Counted from the first letter of the stretch, positions 51,972-62,177 are shown. The stretch is 64,000 nt of DNA from an uncultured Candidatus Poseidoniales archaeon (GCA_905182715.1 CAJJCP010000013.1:11990-75989), one strand, 5' to 3'. The notes: generated by a model from the sequence alone, not told the origin. Numbers and translations are program-made.

Positions 51972-54524
51972 ATGAACGGAACCGGTGCAGAATCCCCAAA
52001 TCCTACAGATACGAATGCCGTATCTGATGCTGTTACTGAATCCATGGCCGCAGCACTTCGTTCGGCTGGACTTGGAAACATGGTTGAACATGTGGAAGTG
52101 AAACCGGTAGGGTATTCTGAGAATGTTCTTGAGCGCGTAATTAATCAACATTCAATTTCGGACCGCGAAGGTTTTCTGACTTTTGCTCATTCAATGGATA
52201 CAGATCAAAACAATTACCTAAAGGAAGAAGAACTCCAACATGCTGCGGTAAAATGGATCGCCAATCAAAAACAAGCTCAGATTGTTGAAGAGGATTCAAA
52301 CGATGAAAACTCTGTTGAATACTTGCTGCAACTTGGAGAAGAATACTCAAGGAAAAATGATTCCAAAAGCGCACTTACTGCCTTCAATAAAGCGATTGCA
52401 TTAGACCCATCATGCGACATGGCATGGTTTAATCGTGGAGTTTTACTCGAAGCTGAACAAGATGCACGTGGTGCAAGACAGGCTTTCCAGATTTGCCTTG
52501 ACATCAATCCTGATAATGCACCAGCTACGGCAAATATTGCAACATTGCTCGAACGAATTGGAGATGATACTGCAGCCTATGAAATGGCTGTTCGTGCGTT
52601 GAACTTCTTCCCAGGACACCCGTTATTACTTGATGTCAAAAACCGATGTGCGGAAAGTGGAGAAAACCTTCCTCTTGAATCCATGCCAATGCAAGCCCCT
52701 TCTCAAACCTATGATGACAAGCAAGTTACTGATGTCATGAAAGAAGTGGGTGTTACTGACAAAGCGGCGATACTGGCTGAGGCAGTACATCATGATGAAG
52801 ATGAAAACCAACATCTCGAATATCAAGAACTCAAGTCAGCAGCTGAAGTCGTTGCTGCTACTCAAGAGATTCAAGTTGCGACTGCAGTGGTAGTCGAGCC
52901 AGTGGTTGTCGAGCCAGTGGTTCAACAAGCTCCTCAAATTATTGAAGAACCAATTCAAGAGCCAATTAACATGGATGATTTGGTAACTGAAGCAACGGCA
53001 CTCATTCGTTCAGGAGATGCACAGGCTGCATTAGGATTACTCAGCCCACATCTGAAAACGATCGCAGCAGAACATGCTGGTGCGTGGAGAATTGCAGGAG
53101 GAGCAATGGCTCGACTGGAACTCGATGACCACGCCATCTCTGCTCTCGAACACGCACAATCGCTTGACCCTAGCCAAGGGTCAGGTTGGTTCAATTTAGG
53201 TTCAATCTATCAAAGAAAAGATGAATCTTCACGTGCTATTGAGTGCTATATGAAAGCAATGAATGTTCAAGCAGATTATCTGAAGGCTGCACTCAAGTGC
53301 AGCCAATTGTGTAATCAAACTGGCGATATTGAAAACTACCTTCATTCGACTCGAACAGTTCTTCAAATTGAACCAATGAATGTTGCAAGAACTGAATTTA
53401 TTCGAATTCTTATTGAATTGGCAGAAGGAGAAGCGACCGTGTTGGAGTCAGTTCACGGAATCCCACCTACACTTCCAGAAGGGCCACATTTGGCACAAGA
53501 AGCACTTGGATACCTCGGCGATGGTGAAACTGAATACCATGCTCGAGCCCATACTGCCGCAAAGAATGATGTCCAGGCAGTGACCATATGGAAATCCATG
53601 ATTAAAAATGATGGTCAAAACCCATCAATTTGGAGAGGACTTGCACGTTCACTCGAATCCGCTGGAGATTTGGAAACCGCCCAAAAGTGTCATCGGAAGG
53701 CGGACGAACTCAGTGGAGTGGCTCCTGTTCAAGCCGTTGCACCTGCACCTGCGCCTGCATTCGCACCTGCTGCTCCAATGGAACAAGCAACTGTTGAACC
53801 AGTGACTCCCCAACCCATGGCCGTGCCAGTTGACCATCAAGAGTCACAAGCGGACTATTACATGAATGCGCTCGGTCTCCAAACTCCACCTGAACCTCAA
53901 AACTTAGAAGTGGTTCAACCGACTGCAGAGGCCGCCCAATCACTTCTGGTTGATTCTGCACAAGCATTGAATGAACGGCCTCAGAGTATCGAACTCGTTG
54001 AAGCAGAATTGCCGACACAACCAGCGTTTGACCTCACGCAAGCAGCAATTGAAGCGCAACAATTAGCATCTGCAACGGTCGATACTGAAGTCAACTCAAG
54101 TTCCGTGGCAAACCAAGATGTCGCATGGTACAACCAAGGTGTTGCCTTGATTGAAGGCGGTAAATTTAGAGAAGCACTTTCATCCTTTGACCGAGCTCTC
54201 CCCTCATTTGCAGGAGATGATGGCATGATCATTCGAATATTAAACGGCCGAGGAAACGCCTATTATTATCTTGAAGAATACCCGAAATGTGTTGAAGCAT
54301 ATCATCAAGCCATGCTCATTCGACCGTCAGAAGTTCGTGGAAAAACCTTGTACAATATGGGAAGCGCATATGCTGAAATGGAACGATATCCAGATGCAAT
54401 GAAGTGTTTCGAGCAATCGATTCCTCGAGGTCTTGAATCAGAAGAAATTAAGCGTGCAAAAGAGCAAATTCGACGATGTGGAATTCTTCTTAAGGAAGTT
54501 GAACGTAAAAATAAACGCCGTTGA
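51972..54524 (+). CDS. Tetratricopeptide repeat protein with two EF-hand-like repeats
   Basis: Many TPRs (AWFNRG, GWFNLG, AWYNQG, LYNMG) and two DxDxN..L...E loops. Confidence 0.85.
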   Translation: MNGTGAESPNPTDTNAVSDAVTESMAAALRSAGLGNMVEHVEVKPVGYSENVLERVINQHSISDREGFLTFAHSMDTDQNNYLKEEELQHAAVKWIANQKQAQIVEEDSNDENSVEYLLQLGEEYSRKNDSKSALTAFNKAIALDPSCDMAWFNRGVLLEAEQDARGARQAFQICLDINPDNAPATANIATLLERIGDDTAAYEMAVRALNFFPGHPLLLDVKNRCAESGENLPLESMPMQAPSQTYDDKQVTDVMKEVGVTDKAAILAEAVHHDEDENQHLEYQELKSAAEVVAATQEIQVATAVVVEPVVVEPVVQQAPQIIEEPIQEPINMDDLVTEATALIRSGDAQAALGLLSPHLKTIAAEHAGAWRIAGGAMARLELDDHAISALEHAQSLDPSQGSGWFNLGSIYQRKDESSRAIECYMKAMNVQADYLKAALKCSQLCNQTGDIENYLHSTRTVLQIEPMNVARTEFIRILIELAEGEATVLESVHGIPPTLPEGPHLAQEALGYLGDGETEYHARAHTAAKNDVQAVTIWKSMIKNDGQNPSIWRGLARSLESAGDLETAQKCHRKADELSGVAPVQAVAPAPAPAFAPAAPMEQATVEPVTPQPMAVPVDHQESQADYYMNALGLQTPPEPQNLEVVQPTAEAAQSLLVDSAQALNERPQSIELVEAELPTQPAFDLTQAAIEAQQLASATVDTEVNSSSVANQDVAWYNQGVALIEGGKFREALSSFDRALPSFAGDDGMIIRILNGRGNAYYYLEEYPKCVEAYHQAMLIRPSEVRGKTLYNMGSAYAEMERYPDAMKCFEQSIPRGLESEEIKRAKEQIRRCGILLKEVERKNKRR

Positions 54525-54567
54525 AACCATTTCGACACCCTGAATCGAAGAACAGGTTCATAGAGAA

Positions 54568-54966
54568 GTGGCGCATCGTATGCTCATGGACTGCGGTACA
54601 TGCGAAACATCTGGCCCTGTGCAACTGATGACTCCTGAAGTGGTCAATGTCAACTTAACCATCTCATCAAAGGCACAAGAAATGCTAGTCGACGCGTTTG
54701 GTGATGACCGTTCTATGGCTCTCTTAGTCGGTGTATTATCCGGTGGTTGCTCAGGTTACATGTATGATTTACAGATCGTCGAAGACACCGACCAAAGTTG
54801 TCAAGAAGTGACTATTGACGGGTTTAGAGTCTTGGTCCCAAATGCTTCAAGCCATCTCCTTGATGGTATAGAAATCGATTACGTCGACCGATTGATGGGT
54901 GGAGGATTCAAAATCAATAATCCAAATGCTGATTCCTCGTGTGGATGCGGCGAATCTTTCTCTTGA
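54568..54966 (+). CDS. HesB/IscA A-type Fe-S carrier
   Basis: Motifs GGCSG..Y, IDY, GF...NPNA...CGCGESF. Confidence 0.93.
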   Translation: MAHRMLMDCGTCETSGPVQLMTPEVVNVNLTISSKAQEMLVDAFGDDRSMALLVGVLSGGCSGYMYDLQIVEDTDQSCQEVTIDGFRVLVPNASSHLLDGIEIDYVDRLMGGGFKINNPNADSSCGCGESFS

Positions 54967-54975
54967 GGCTCTGCT

Positions 54976-55683
54976 ATGCCTCGAGTGGCTTACGAAGATG
55001 CATCATTGACTGTTTGGCAAGGTGCAGATGCTCTACAATTTATTGATGGTTTATCATCAAATAAAATAATCGATATGGTTCAAGGCGAAGTGCGGCAAAC
55101 CGTATTCACGACAACACAAGCTAAAATCGTCGATCTTGCCACAGTGTTCCACATGGGTGGTTTTCTTGCTGTTCAAACGCATACCTCACAACTTGGAATG
55201 CTGCTAAAACATGTAACTCCACGTATCCTTGACCAAGAGGTGACAATTGTTGATGTCACATCTCGCAACCAATTTTGTATCGAATTTGGAATCAACAATG
55301 CGAATGTAGGAAAATTTGAATCATTGGATGGCATAACACACGGTTATATCGATGAAAAGTATTCACTTCTCATCGCCTCTCTCGATGTAGAATCAGATCA
55401 TATTGATGACCTTGAATCATTCCATGAATGGAGAATCGAGAATCAAATACCCTGGAATGGATTTGAAGTTACAAGGACGAATCATCCTCTTGCAGTCGGA
55501 CTCAATCAATTGGTTCACCAAGCCAAAGGATGTTACATAGGTCAAGAAGTTCTTGCACGCATGATCTCACGTGGCCGTCAAGGAAAAAAACTTACACGGG
55601 TAGAAAACGGAACTATCGATGACAAATATGTCACCACCCTCGGACAAAACTATTCGCTTGCCATCATTCGAGAATCGAATTAA
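54976..55683 (+). CDS. YgfZ/GcvT-like folate-binding Fe-S maturation protein
   Basis: G.DA..F..GL.SN and KGCYIGQEVLAR signature; adjacent to the IscA-type gene. Confidence 0.85.
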   Translation: MPRVAYEDASLTVWQGADALQFIDGLSSNKIIDMVQGEVRQTVFTTTQAKIVDLATVFHMGGFLAVQTHTSQLGMLLKHVTPRILDQEVTIVDVTSRNQFCIEFGINNANVGKFESLDGITHGYIDEKYSLLIASLDVESDHIDDLESFHEWRIENQIPWNGFEVTRTNHPLAVGLNQLVHQAKGCYIGQEVLARMISRGRQGKKLTRVENGTIDDKYVTTLGQNYSLAIIRESN

Positions 55684-56618
55684 TAACCGAGTAATTCTTT
55701 CAACTGGGACTTGTAAAAATTGCCAGACCCTTGGAGTGATTCGAGTTCACTTTCGGATAATTCTAATTCAAGAATACGCTCAATACCATTTGCACCTAGA
55801 ATAACTGGGACGCCAATGTACACATCATCGAGTCCATATTGACCTGTGAGGTAGGCGGATGCTGGAATCAATCGCTTTCGATCATTCAAAATTGCTTCTG
55901 CCATGACTGCTGCTGCTGAACCCGGGGCATAGAATGCTGAACCACGTTCGAGAAGTTTGACAATTTCGCCACCGCCAGAGGCAGTACGCTTGCAGATAGC
56001 ATCAATGGTTTCCTCATCAAGAAGGTGAGTAATCGAGATACCACCAACAGTAGTAAATCGAGGAAGTGGAACCATAGTATCTCCGTGACCTCCCAAGACC
56101 ATTGCTTGAACATCTTCTTCTGAACATCCAACGGCTTGAGCGACAAAATGGGTCATTCGTGCACTGTCTAAAACACCTGCTTGGCCACAAACGCGGTTTG
56201 CAGGAAATCCTGTGACCTTTTGCATGTGATAGGTCATCAAGTCAAGTGGATTGGTGACCATTACGATGGTTGAATCCGGAGCATGGTCGCGAATTCCTTC
56301 ACCGACTTGCTTGACGATTCCAGCGTTTTTAGCAATCAGGTCTTCTCGTGTCATCCCTGGTTGTCGAGGGAATCCGGAGGTGACGACAACAACACTTGCA
56401 CCTGCAATATCGTTGTAATCAGAAGTTCCAGTAACAGTTCCGTTGTAATTGAGTACTTGCCCATTTTGTGACATGTCCAGAGCTTTTCCTTTTGCAAATC
56501 CTTCATAGATGTCGAGCAAAACGATATCTGCAATTTTCATCTGTGCAAGTACGAATGCACAAGTTGCACCAACATTTCCAGCTCCTATAACGGCGATTTT
56601 TCTTCGATGAGTGCTCAT
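55680..56618 (-). CDS. mdh: Malate dehydrogenase (LDH-like)
   Basis: IGAGNVG, GKALD, PRQPGMTREDL, VTNPLD, LDSAR, LGGHGD and GSAFYAP. Confidence 0.95.
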   Translation of the reverse strand: MSTHRRKIAVIGAGNVGATCAFVLAQMKIADIVLLDIYEGFAKGKALDMSQNGQVLNYNGTVTGTSDYNDIAGASVVVVTSGFPRQPGMTREDLIAKNAGIVKQVGEGIRDHAPDSTIVMVTNPLDLMTYHMQKVTGFPANRVCGQAGVLDSARMTHFVAQAVGCSEEDVQAMVLGGHGDTMVPLPRFTTVGGISITHLLDEETIDAICKRTASGGGEIVKLLERGSAFYAPGSAAAVMAEAILNDRKRLIPASAYLTGQYGLDDVYIGVPVILGANGIERILELELSESELESLQGSGNFYKSQLKELLGY

Positions 56619-56823
56619 TGTAAATTCCTCGGTATCCTGCCCAATACCCGACCATCAATAAGCAACATGGTCGAATCCAATCAGTATCTCGTGTAAAAAG
56701 TTGGAAAAATGAATATTTTACATCAGAAATTGACAACTTCGATGCGTGCCATCTAAGAACCTCCTCTCGGTCCGAAGAACATCCCCAGTCGAATTTGCGA
56801 CCAAGGGGAATCGAGGACATCGT

Positions 56824-57987
56824 ATGAAACTTGGAGTACCTATGGAACCTGCTGGCGAAACACGAGTGGCTATTGCCCCTTCAAGCATGAAGAAATTATT
56901 GAAAGCAGGCTTTGAAGTTTTCATCGAAAAAGGTGCAGGAAAAGCCGCAAACTATCTTGATGTCGATTACGAAACTGCTGGCGCAAAGATTTCAACACGT
57001 GATGAAGTGTTGTCTTGCGAGACAATCGTTTCAATTCGATTCCCTGGAATCGAAGGAGTCGCAAAAGGAACCCGCATCGCCTGTGTTGCTGACCCTTTCC
57101 GCAATCCACAATATGTTCAATCATGCATTGATGCAGGAATCACTCTTCTCTCGATGGACATGATTCCTCGCAGACTTTCACGTGCTCAATCAATGGACGT
57201 CAATTCCAGTCAAGATAATCTTGCAGGATACAAAGCAGTCTTGCTTGGGGCTGCTCACGTTCCAAGAGGCATTCCAATGATGACCACTTCAGCCGGTACT
57301 ATTCGTCCAGCAAAGGTCGTCATTATGGGAAGTGGTGTTGCTGGGCTTCAAGCGATTGCAACCGCCAAGCGCCTCGGTGCTATTGTGTATGCATCGGATG
57401 TTCGTAAATCGGCAGCTGAACAAATAGAATCCGTCGGTGGTCGTTTCATTGAAGTTGATGGAATGGATGATTTCGAAGATGAATCCGGGTATGCAAAACC
57501 ATTAACTGGAGAATTTATACAAAAAGTCAACGATACCGTTTGTGGAGTTGCAGCCGATGCTGACATCATTGTCACAACTGCACGAATCTTCGGCCGTCCA
57601 GCACCAATTACAGTCCCCTCAAGTGCAATTCTAAATTTCAAACCTGGTGCAGTCGTTGTTGACATGAATGCAGATGTTGGCGGGAACTGTGAAGATACGG
57701 TTGCTGGAGAAGTGATCACGACAGAAAACGGTGTGATCATCGTAGGAACCTCAAACTTGCCTGGAACACTCGCCACAACTTCCAGTATGTTGTATTCAAA
57801 CAACTTGACAACATTCATCACATCTCTTGTGAAAGAGGGTGAGCTTGTGATCAGTGAAGATGATGATGTTTTGGTTGGTGCACCGGAAGGTTCTGACTTT
57901 TATGTCAACGGAATGGGTGGAGTTCTTCTCTGCCAAGATGGCGCTTTACATCCAAAACAAACACGCCTCGGAGGTGTACTCGAATGA
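56824..57987 (+). CDS. pntAA: NAD(P) transhydrogenase alpha subunit, part 1 (dI)
   Basis: ETRVA..P, RAQSMDV.SSQ.NLAGYKAV, TSAGT, G.GVAGLQAIATA, GYAK and GGNCE. Confidence 0.95.
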   Translation: MKLGVPMEPAGETRVAIAPSSMKKLLKAGFEVFIEKGAGKAANYLDVDYETAGAKISTRDEVLSCETIVSIRFPGIEGVAKGTRIACVADPFRNPQYVQSCIDAGITLLSMDMIPRRLSRAQSMDVNSSQDNLAGYKAVLLGAAHVPRGIPMMTTSAGTIRPAKVVIMGSGVAGLQAIATAKRLGAIVYASDVRKSAAEQIESVGGRFIEVDGMDDFEDESGYAKPLTGEFIQKVNDTVCGVAADADIIVTTARIFGRPAPITVPSSAILNFKPGAVVVDMNADVGGNCEDTVAGEVITTENGVIIVGTSNLPGTLATTSSMLYSNNLTTFITSLVKEGELVISEDDDVLVGAPEGSDFYVNGMGGVLLCQDGALHPKQTRLGGVLE

Positions 57988-58295
57988 CTCCAGAACTTTT
58001 AATCGGAAACCTAACTTTGTTCATACTTGCGATTTTCCTTGGATTTGAATTGATTACCAAAGTCCCTGCTACATTGCACACACCTCTCATGAGTGGGGCA
58101 AATGCAATTTCCGGAATCAGTATAATCGGAGCATTGATCGGCTCTAATGTTGCGTATGAGGCTCAACAAACTGTCGCGTCAGGAATTCTCGCCTTTGTTG
58201 CTGTTGTCCTTGCAATGATTAACGTCGTTGGTGGATTTGCAGTGACAAATCGTATGCTAAATATGATTGCTGGAAAGAAACGCAGAGGTGCTTAA
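57984..58295 (+). CDS. pntAB: NAD(P) transhydrogenase alpha subunit, part 2
   Basis: VPATLHTPLMSGANAISG and INVVGGF.VT.RML. Confidence 0.95.
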   Translation: MTPELLIGNLTLFILAIFLGFELITKVPATLHTPLMSGANAISGISIIGALIGSNVAYEAQQTVASGILAFVAVVLAMINVVGGFAVTNRMLNMIAGKKRRGA

Positions 58296-58296
58296 G

Positions 58297-59721
58297 ATGG
58301 AAGATTGGGTTTCAGTCGGATATTTGCTGTCTGCAGCATTGTTCATTTTTGGATTGAAAAAGTTAGGTCATCCACGTACGGCACCATTTGGCAACCAACT
58401 TGGCGCCATGGGAATGCTTGTCGCAGTTATTACAACGGTGTTGCAAATGCAACTGACTGGCAATGGCGTTGTTGACTGGACATTAATCATTGCAGGACTT
58501 GTGCTTGGATCTGCAATTGGATATTGGCTGGCAGTTCGAGTCGAAATGACTGGAATGCCAGAACTCGTCGCTATGTTCAATGGATTTGGCGGTGCGGCAT
58601 CTGCTCTTGTCGCACTTTCAGAAATCATGAGATATCTCGAAGATGCTAGCAATATCCCTGAAGGTTTAGAATTGACTGTGACAATGGTTGCAGCAGGACT
58701 TTCGGCACTTGTTGGATGGATGACACTGACTGGATCTATGCTCGCAATGTACAAACTCAAAGGCGGTATTAGCGTCTTTGGAAAGTGGATAAAGACGCCC
58801 ACATGGGGACCAAGTTGGCTCAATCCGGTCAAAGTCATTCTCATGTTAACCGTTGGTGTATTGATTTATCTCAGCATTGGAGACCCAACAAATACCGATT
58901 ACATGTGGGCTATTATTGGAATCTCGTGTGCTCTCGGAATTATCCTTGTTTTGCCAATTGGTGGTGCTGACATGCCTGTGGTTGTTTCTCTACTCAATTC
59001 GCTATCAGGAATCGCTGCAGCATTTACTGGATTTATCATTGGTAATTCAGTACTGATTATTGCAGGTTCTTTAGTCGGAGCATCCGGACTTATTCTTACC
59101 TTCATTATGTGTAAGGCAATGAACAGAACTCTCTTGGATGTCTTGTTCAAGTCCTTCGGTGGAAGTGGAGAGAAAGTCTCTCTCACACGTACCAAGGTTG
59201 GTTCAGATGCTGATGAAGTCGCTATGATGATCGATGGTGCGCAAAAAGTCATCATCGTCCCAGGCTACGGAATGGCTGTATCACAATGCCAACACCAAGT
59301 CAAGGAATTTGCTGACCTCATTACTGAGAAATTCGGAACTGAAGTCAAGTATGCAATTCATCCTGTTGCAGGTCGAATGCCAGGACACATGAACGTCTTA
59401 CTTGCAGAAGCAAGTGTTCCCTATGAACAATTAATCGAAATGGACGAAATTAACAGTGAATTCCCAGATTGTGATGTTGCAGTTGTCATCGGTGCAAACG
59501 ATACAACCAATCCTGCTGCACGAAGTGGAGAAGGACCTCTCGCTGGTATGCCAATTATCGATGCAGACATGGCCCGAACAGTTGTTATCATCAAGCGTTC
59601 CCTCTCAGTAGGCTATGCAGGTGTTGACAATGATTTGTTTTATGAAGATAAAACAATGATGCTTTTCGGTGACGGAAAAGCCATGATGTCTCAATTAAAT
59701 ACTGCAATAAAAGAAATTTGA
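58297..59721 (+). CDS. pntB: NAD(P) transhydrogenase beta subunit
   Basis: MPELVA.FN..GG, IGGADMPVV.SLLNS, VPGYG, IHPVAGRMPGHMNVLLAEA, GAND..NPAA and FGD.K. Confidence 0.96.
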   Translation: MEDWVSVGYLLSAALFIFGLKKLGHPRTAPFGNQLGAMGMLVAVITTVLQMQLTGNGVVDWTLIIAGLVLGSAIGYWLAVRVEMTGMPELVAMFNGFGGAASALVALSEIMRYLEDASNIPEGLELTVTMVAAGLSALVGWMTLTGSMLAMYKLKGGISVFGKWIKTPTWGPSWLNPVKVILMLTVGVLIYLSIGDPTNTDYMWAIIGISCALGIILVLPIGGADMPVVVSLLNSLSGIAAAFTGFIIGNSVLIIAGSLVGASGLILTFIMCKAMNRTLLDVLFKSFGGSGEKVSLTRTKVGSDADEVAMMIDGAQKVIIVPGYGMAVSQCQHQVKEFADLITEKFGTEVKYAIHPVAGRMPGHMNVLLAEASVPYEQLIEMDEINSEFPDCDVAVVIGANDTTNPAARSGEGPLAGMPIIDADMARTVVIIKRSLSVGYAGVDNDLFYEDKTMMLFGDGKAMMSQLNTAIKEI

Positions 59722-59814
59722 GCACAGAAAGAGAGCCTTAGTTCTCGCCCCTTAGCGGAGTGAAGAAAAGGAACGTTCAAAGGGCGGCTGCGGGTGGAAA
59801 GATTAGGTGCGACT

Positions 59815-60771
59815 ATGCTTTCACGCAACTCCCGATTGTTGGTCTTTGGATTGATGGCACTCCTCATGATTGCCCCTGCTTTGGCAATGCCAGGTGGACC
59901 ACCTTGGAAGAATGGTGAAAATCTCGTTGTAGAAACGGGATGCAGTTGCCACGGAGACGGTGCTCCATCAAATTCTGTTGTTGTTTCAATTTCAGGTGTT
60001 CCACGCTCCTATACCGTCGATCAATCGTATGATTTTACAATTTCACTTCAGCATGCCTCAAATCCAGATGGCGGATACATGATTTGGGATTACAATAAAG
60101 GGACACTCACACCAGGTGAAGGTTCGAGGACTGTAGCTGATGAACCAGGTGCACTGTCGCAATCGGCCGTCGGAAATGACTGGATTATCACATGGACTGC
60201 TCCAAGTTCGGATGTAGGAATTATTCCATTCCAATTGGTTGGAAATGCTGTCAATGGAAATGGAAACTTTGATGCTGGAGATGCATGGAATATTATTTCA
60301 TTCTCCATCAGTCCACCAGATACAACAACCAATGACGATGCTGATGGCTTGGCACTTCGTACTATCAGTGTAGGCGATTACGATGCTCTTTTCGTGGCAG
60401 TTGAAGACCCAGAAGGAGTTGAGGCAGAACGACAACAAGACCTCGCTGAAATGTTCTTTGATGAAGGAAACCTGTTCTATTTTGCTACACTTTCAATTCT
60501 TATTGTTGCTGCGGTCATTCAAGGTGAGTTCTATGAACGAAAGTTTGGCGGTGGCCCGGAATATCTCGACAAGAGTCTTGCAATCCCACAAGGTGTTCGC
60601 CGTAGTGCCGTAGCAGCCCTTCTGCTCGTCATGTTTGCATGGGCAGTTGATGGTGGACAGTCATGGGAAGTTATGCTCAGTTTGGGAATGCTTTCTCTTT
60701 GGGCACTCTATGGCGTTTACAGAACAATTGCCCAAGCTCGTGCTTCACCTCAAACAAAAGACCTCGTCTGA
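59815..60771 (+). CDS. Secreted Reeler-like (choice-of-anchor V) domain protein with CxCH motif and three C-terminal TM helices
   Basis: Signal peptide ending ALA, GCSCHG, ISGVP..Y, WTAP and GNAVNGNG...GD.W. Confidence 0.7.
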   Translation: MLSRNSRLLVFGLMALLMIAPALAMPGGPPWKNGENLVVETGCSCHGDGAPSNSVVVSISGVPRSYTVDQSYDFTISLQHASNPDGGYMIWDYNKGTLTPGEGSRTVADEPGALSQSAVGNDWIITWTAPSSDVGIIPFQLVGNAVNGNGNFDAGDAWNIISFSISPPDTTTNDDADGLALRTISVGDYDALFVAVEDPEGVEAERQQDLAEMFFDEGNLFYFATLSILIVAAVIQGEFYERKFGGGPEYLDKSLAIPQGVRRSAVAALLLVMFAWAVDGGQSWEVMLSLGMLSLWALYGVYRTIAQARASPQTKDLV

Positions 60772-60809
60772 GTTTATCTTCTTCCTCCACGGATACTTGA
60801 GGGTAGGCT

Positions 60810-62126
60810 ATGTCACTGCAACTTGAACACGACCAACAAAGTCCTGTTCAGGAACATTTGAACGAATTAACAGCGAGAGTCACCTTGCTGATGTTTTTAT
60901 CGACACTCTCTACAATCGCATGGCTCACCCAAGTCGATGCAATACTTGATGCGATTCTACGGCACCTCAACCCATGTGAAACTGGATGCCTGAATCTGTT
61001 TGACCCTGCCAAATGGAGTGCAGTACGATGGATGACAGCTGCGGTATTGGGACTTCTTTCTGTCATGCCATTTCTGTTACACCAAGCATGGTCATTTGCA
61101 CGACCAGGTTTACTCCCCGCAGAAAAGAAATGGCTTCGGAATTGGTTTTTTGCTGGAATTCTCAGTGTCATTTTAGCGGTGATAAGCACGATTGGGCTGT
61201 TGTTCCCGTACCTGTTTGATACTGGGCATCAAACTCATCAATCGATGCAACTCGATGCCCGATACGATGCGGTTCACATGCTATCAATTGTCATTGCTGT
61301 AATTTGGTCAGAAATAATTGTAGCATGCGCAGTATTTGCCATGATGCTTGCTGGAATGTCTGGAATGCTCAATGAAGAGTCGGCAGATTGGTGGAGAATC
61401 CGAATCTATGGATTGGTTCTGCTGCTCCTCCTCGCATCACTCCCCGAATTTGGTGGTCTGGCACTTCTTTTGGGAATACTTGCCATCGGTACAATCGAAG
61501 TTTGTTCAAGCAAATGGTTACGTTCTCCTCCACCTACAATGATCGGTCAGAGTAAGATCATGGACAATGAAGGTGCTGTTCGAAACATACTCATGGTTGA
61601 CTGCTCATGCAGTGGGGCCGCACTCCCCCTTTCGAAGCAAATCAACGCCCCCTTCCCGATTCATTCCGCACATTCATTGTGCACATCAAATGAGGAAAGA
61701 GAACAGGTGCTGGAAATTGCCCTTCAGCACCGGTTGACAGATGTGATTATCAGTGGTTGTTCTTCGAAGCCTTTGCCAAGTTCTTTCAAATCAAATTGTC
61801 ATTCAATCGGTTGTTCATTGCGAGGACTTGATCTACTCCAAATCCAATCACATCGTACGCTACCTTCTCCATTCCAATTGACTGAAATCGAATTAAAAAT
61901 CGCAACACTTGAGGACCCATGGCCCGAATCAACCGTTCAGCAACGAGTATTTACTCTCCTTCAGAATTCAAGAATTGACGAACTGATTCTCGATACACGC
62001 CCTGCTTCTGAATCTTGGGGGATGCAACTTCGACCTGAGCAGGTCCTACTTCAACTCGAATCGAAACATCTTACCTCGGTTCTCGAGAAAATACATCCTC
62101 TCAAAATATCGACAACTGTGCTTTAA
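60810..62126 (+). CDS. TatC-like protein with Cys-rich C-terminal extension
   Basis: P..EHL.EL..R and W.F..PGL...E TatC motifs, six TM helices, then about 200 aa of soluble domain. Confidence 0.7.
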   Translation: MSLQLEHDQQSPVQEHLNELTARVTLLMFLSTLSTIAWLTQVDAILDAILRHLNPCETGCLNLFDPAKWSAVRWMTAAVLGLLSVMPFLLHQAWSFARPGLLPAEKKWLRNWFFAGILSVILAVISTIGLLFPYLFDTGHQTHQSMQLDARYDAVHMLSIVIAVIWSEIIVACAVFAMMLAGMSGMLNEESADWWRIRIYGLVLLLLLASLPEFGGLALLLGILAIGTIEVCSSKWLRSPPPTMIGQSKIMDNEGAVRNILMVDCSCSGAALPLSKQINAPFPIHSAHSLCTSNEEREQVLEIALQHRLTDVIISGCSSKPLPSSFKSNCHSIGCSLRGLDLLQIQSHRTLPSPFQLTEIELKIATLEDPWPESTVQQRVFTLLQNSRIDELILDTRPASESWGMQLRPEQVLLQLESKHLTSVLEKIHPLKISTTVL

Positions 62127-62177
62127 TCAATCCAGTAAAACCAAGCATTCAAACACTTCACCATAGTCCGTTTAATC

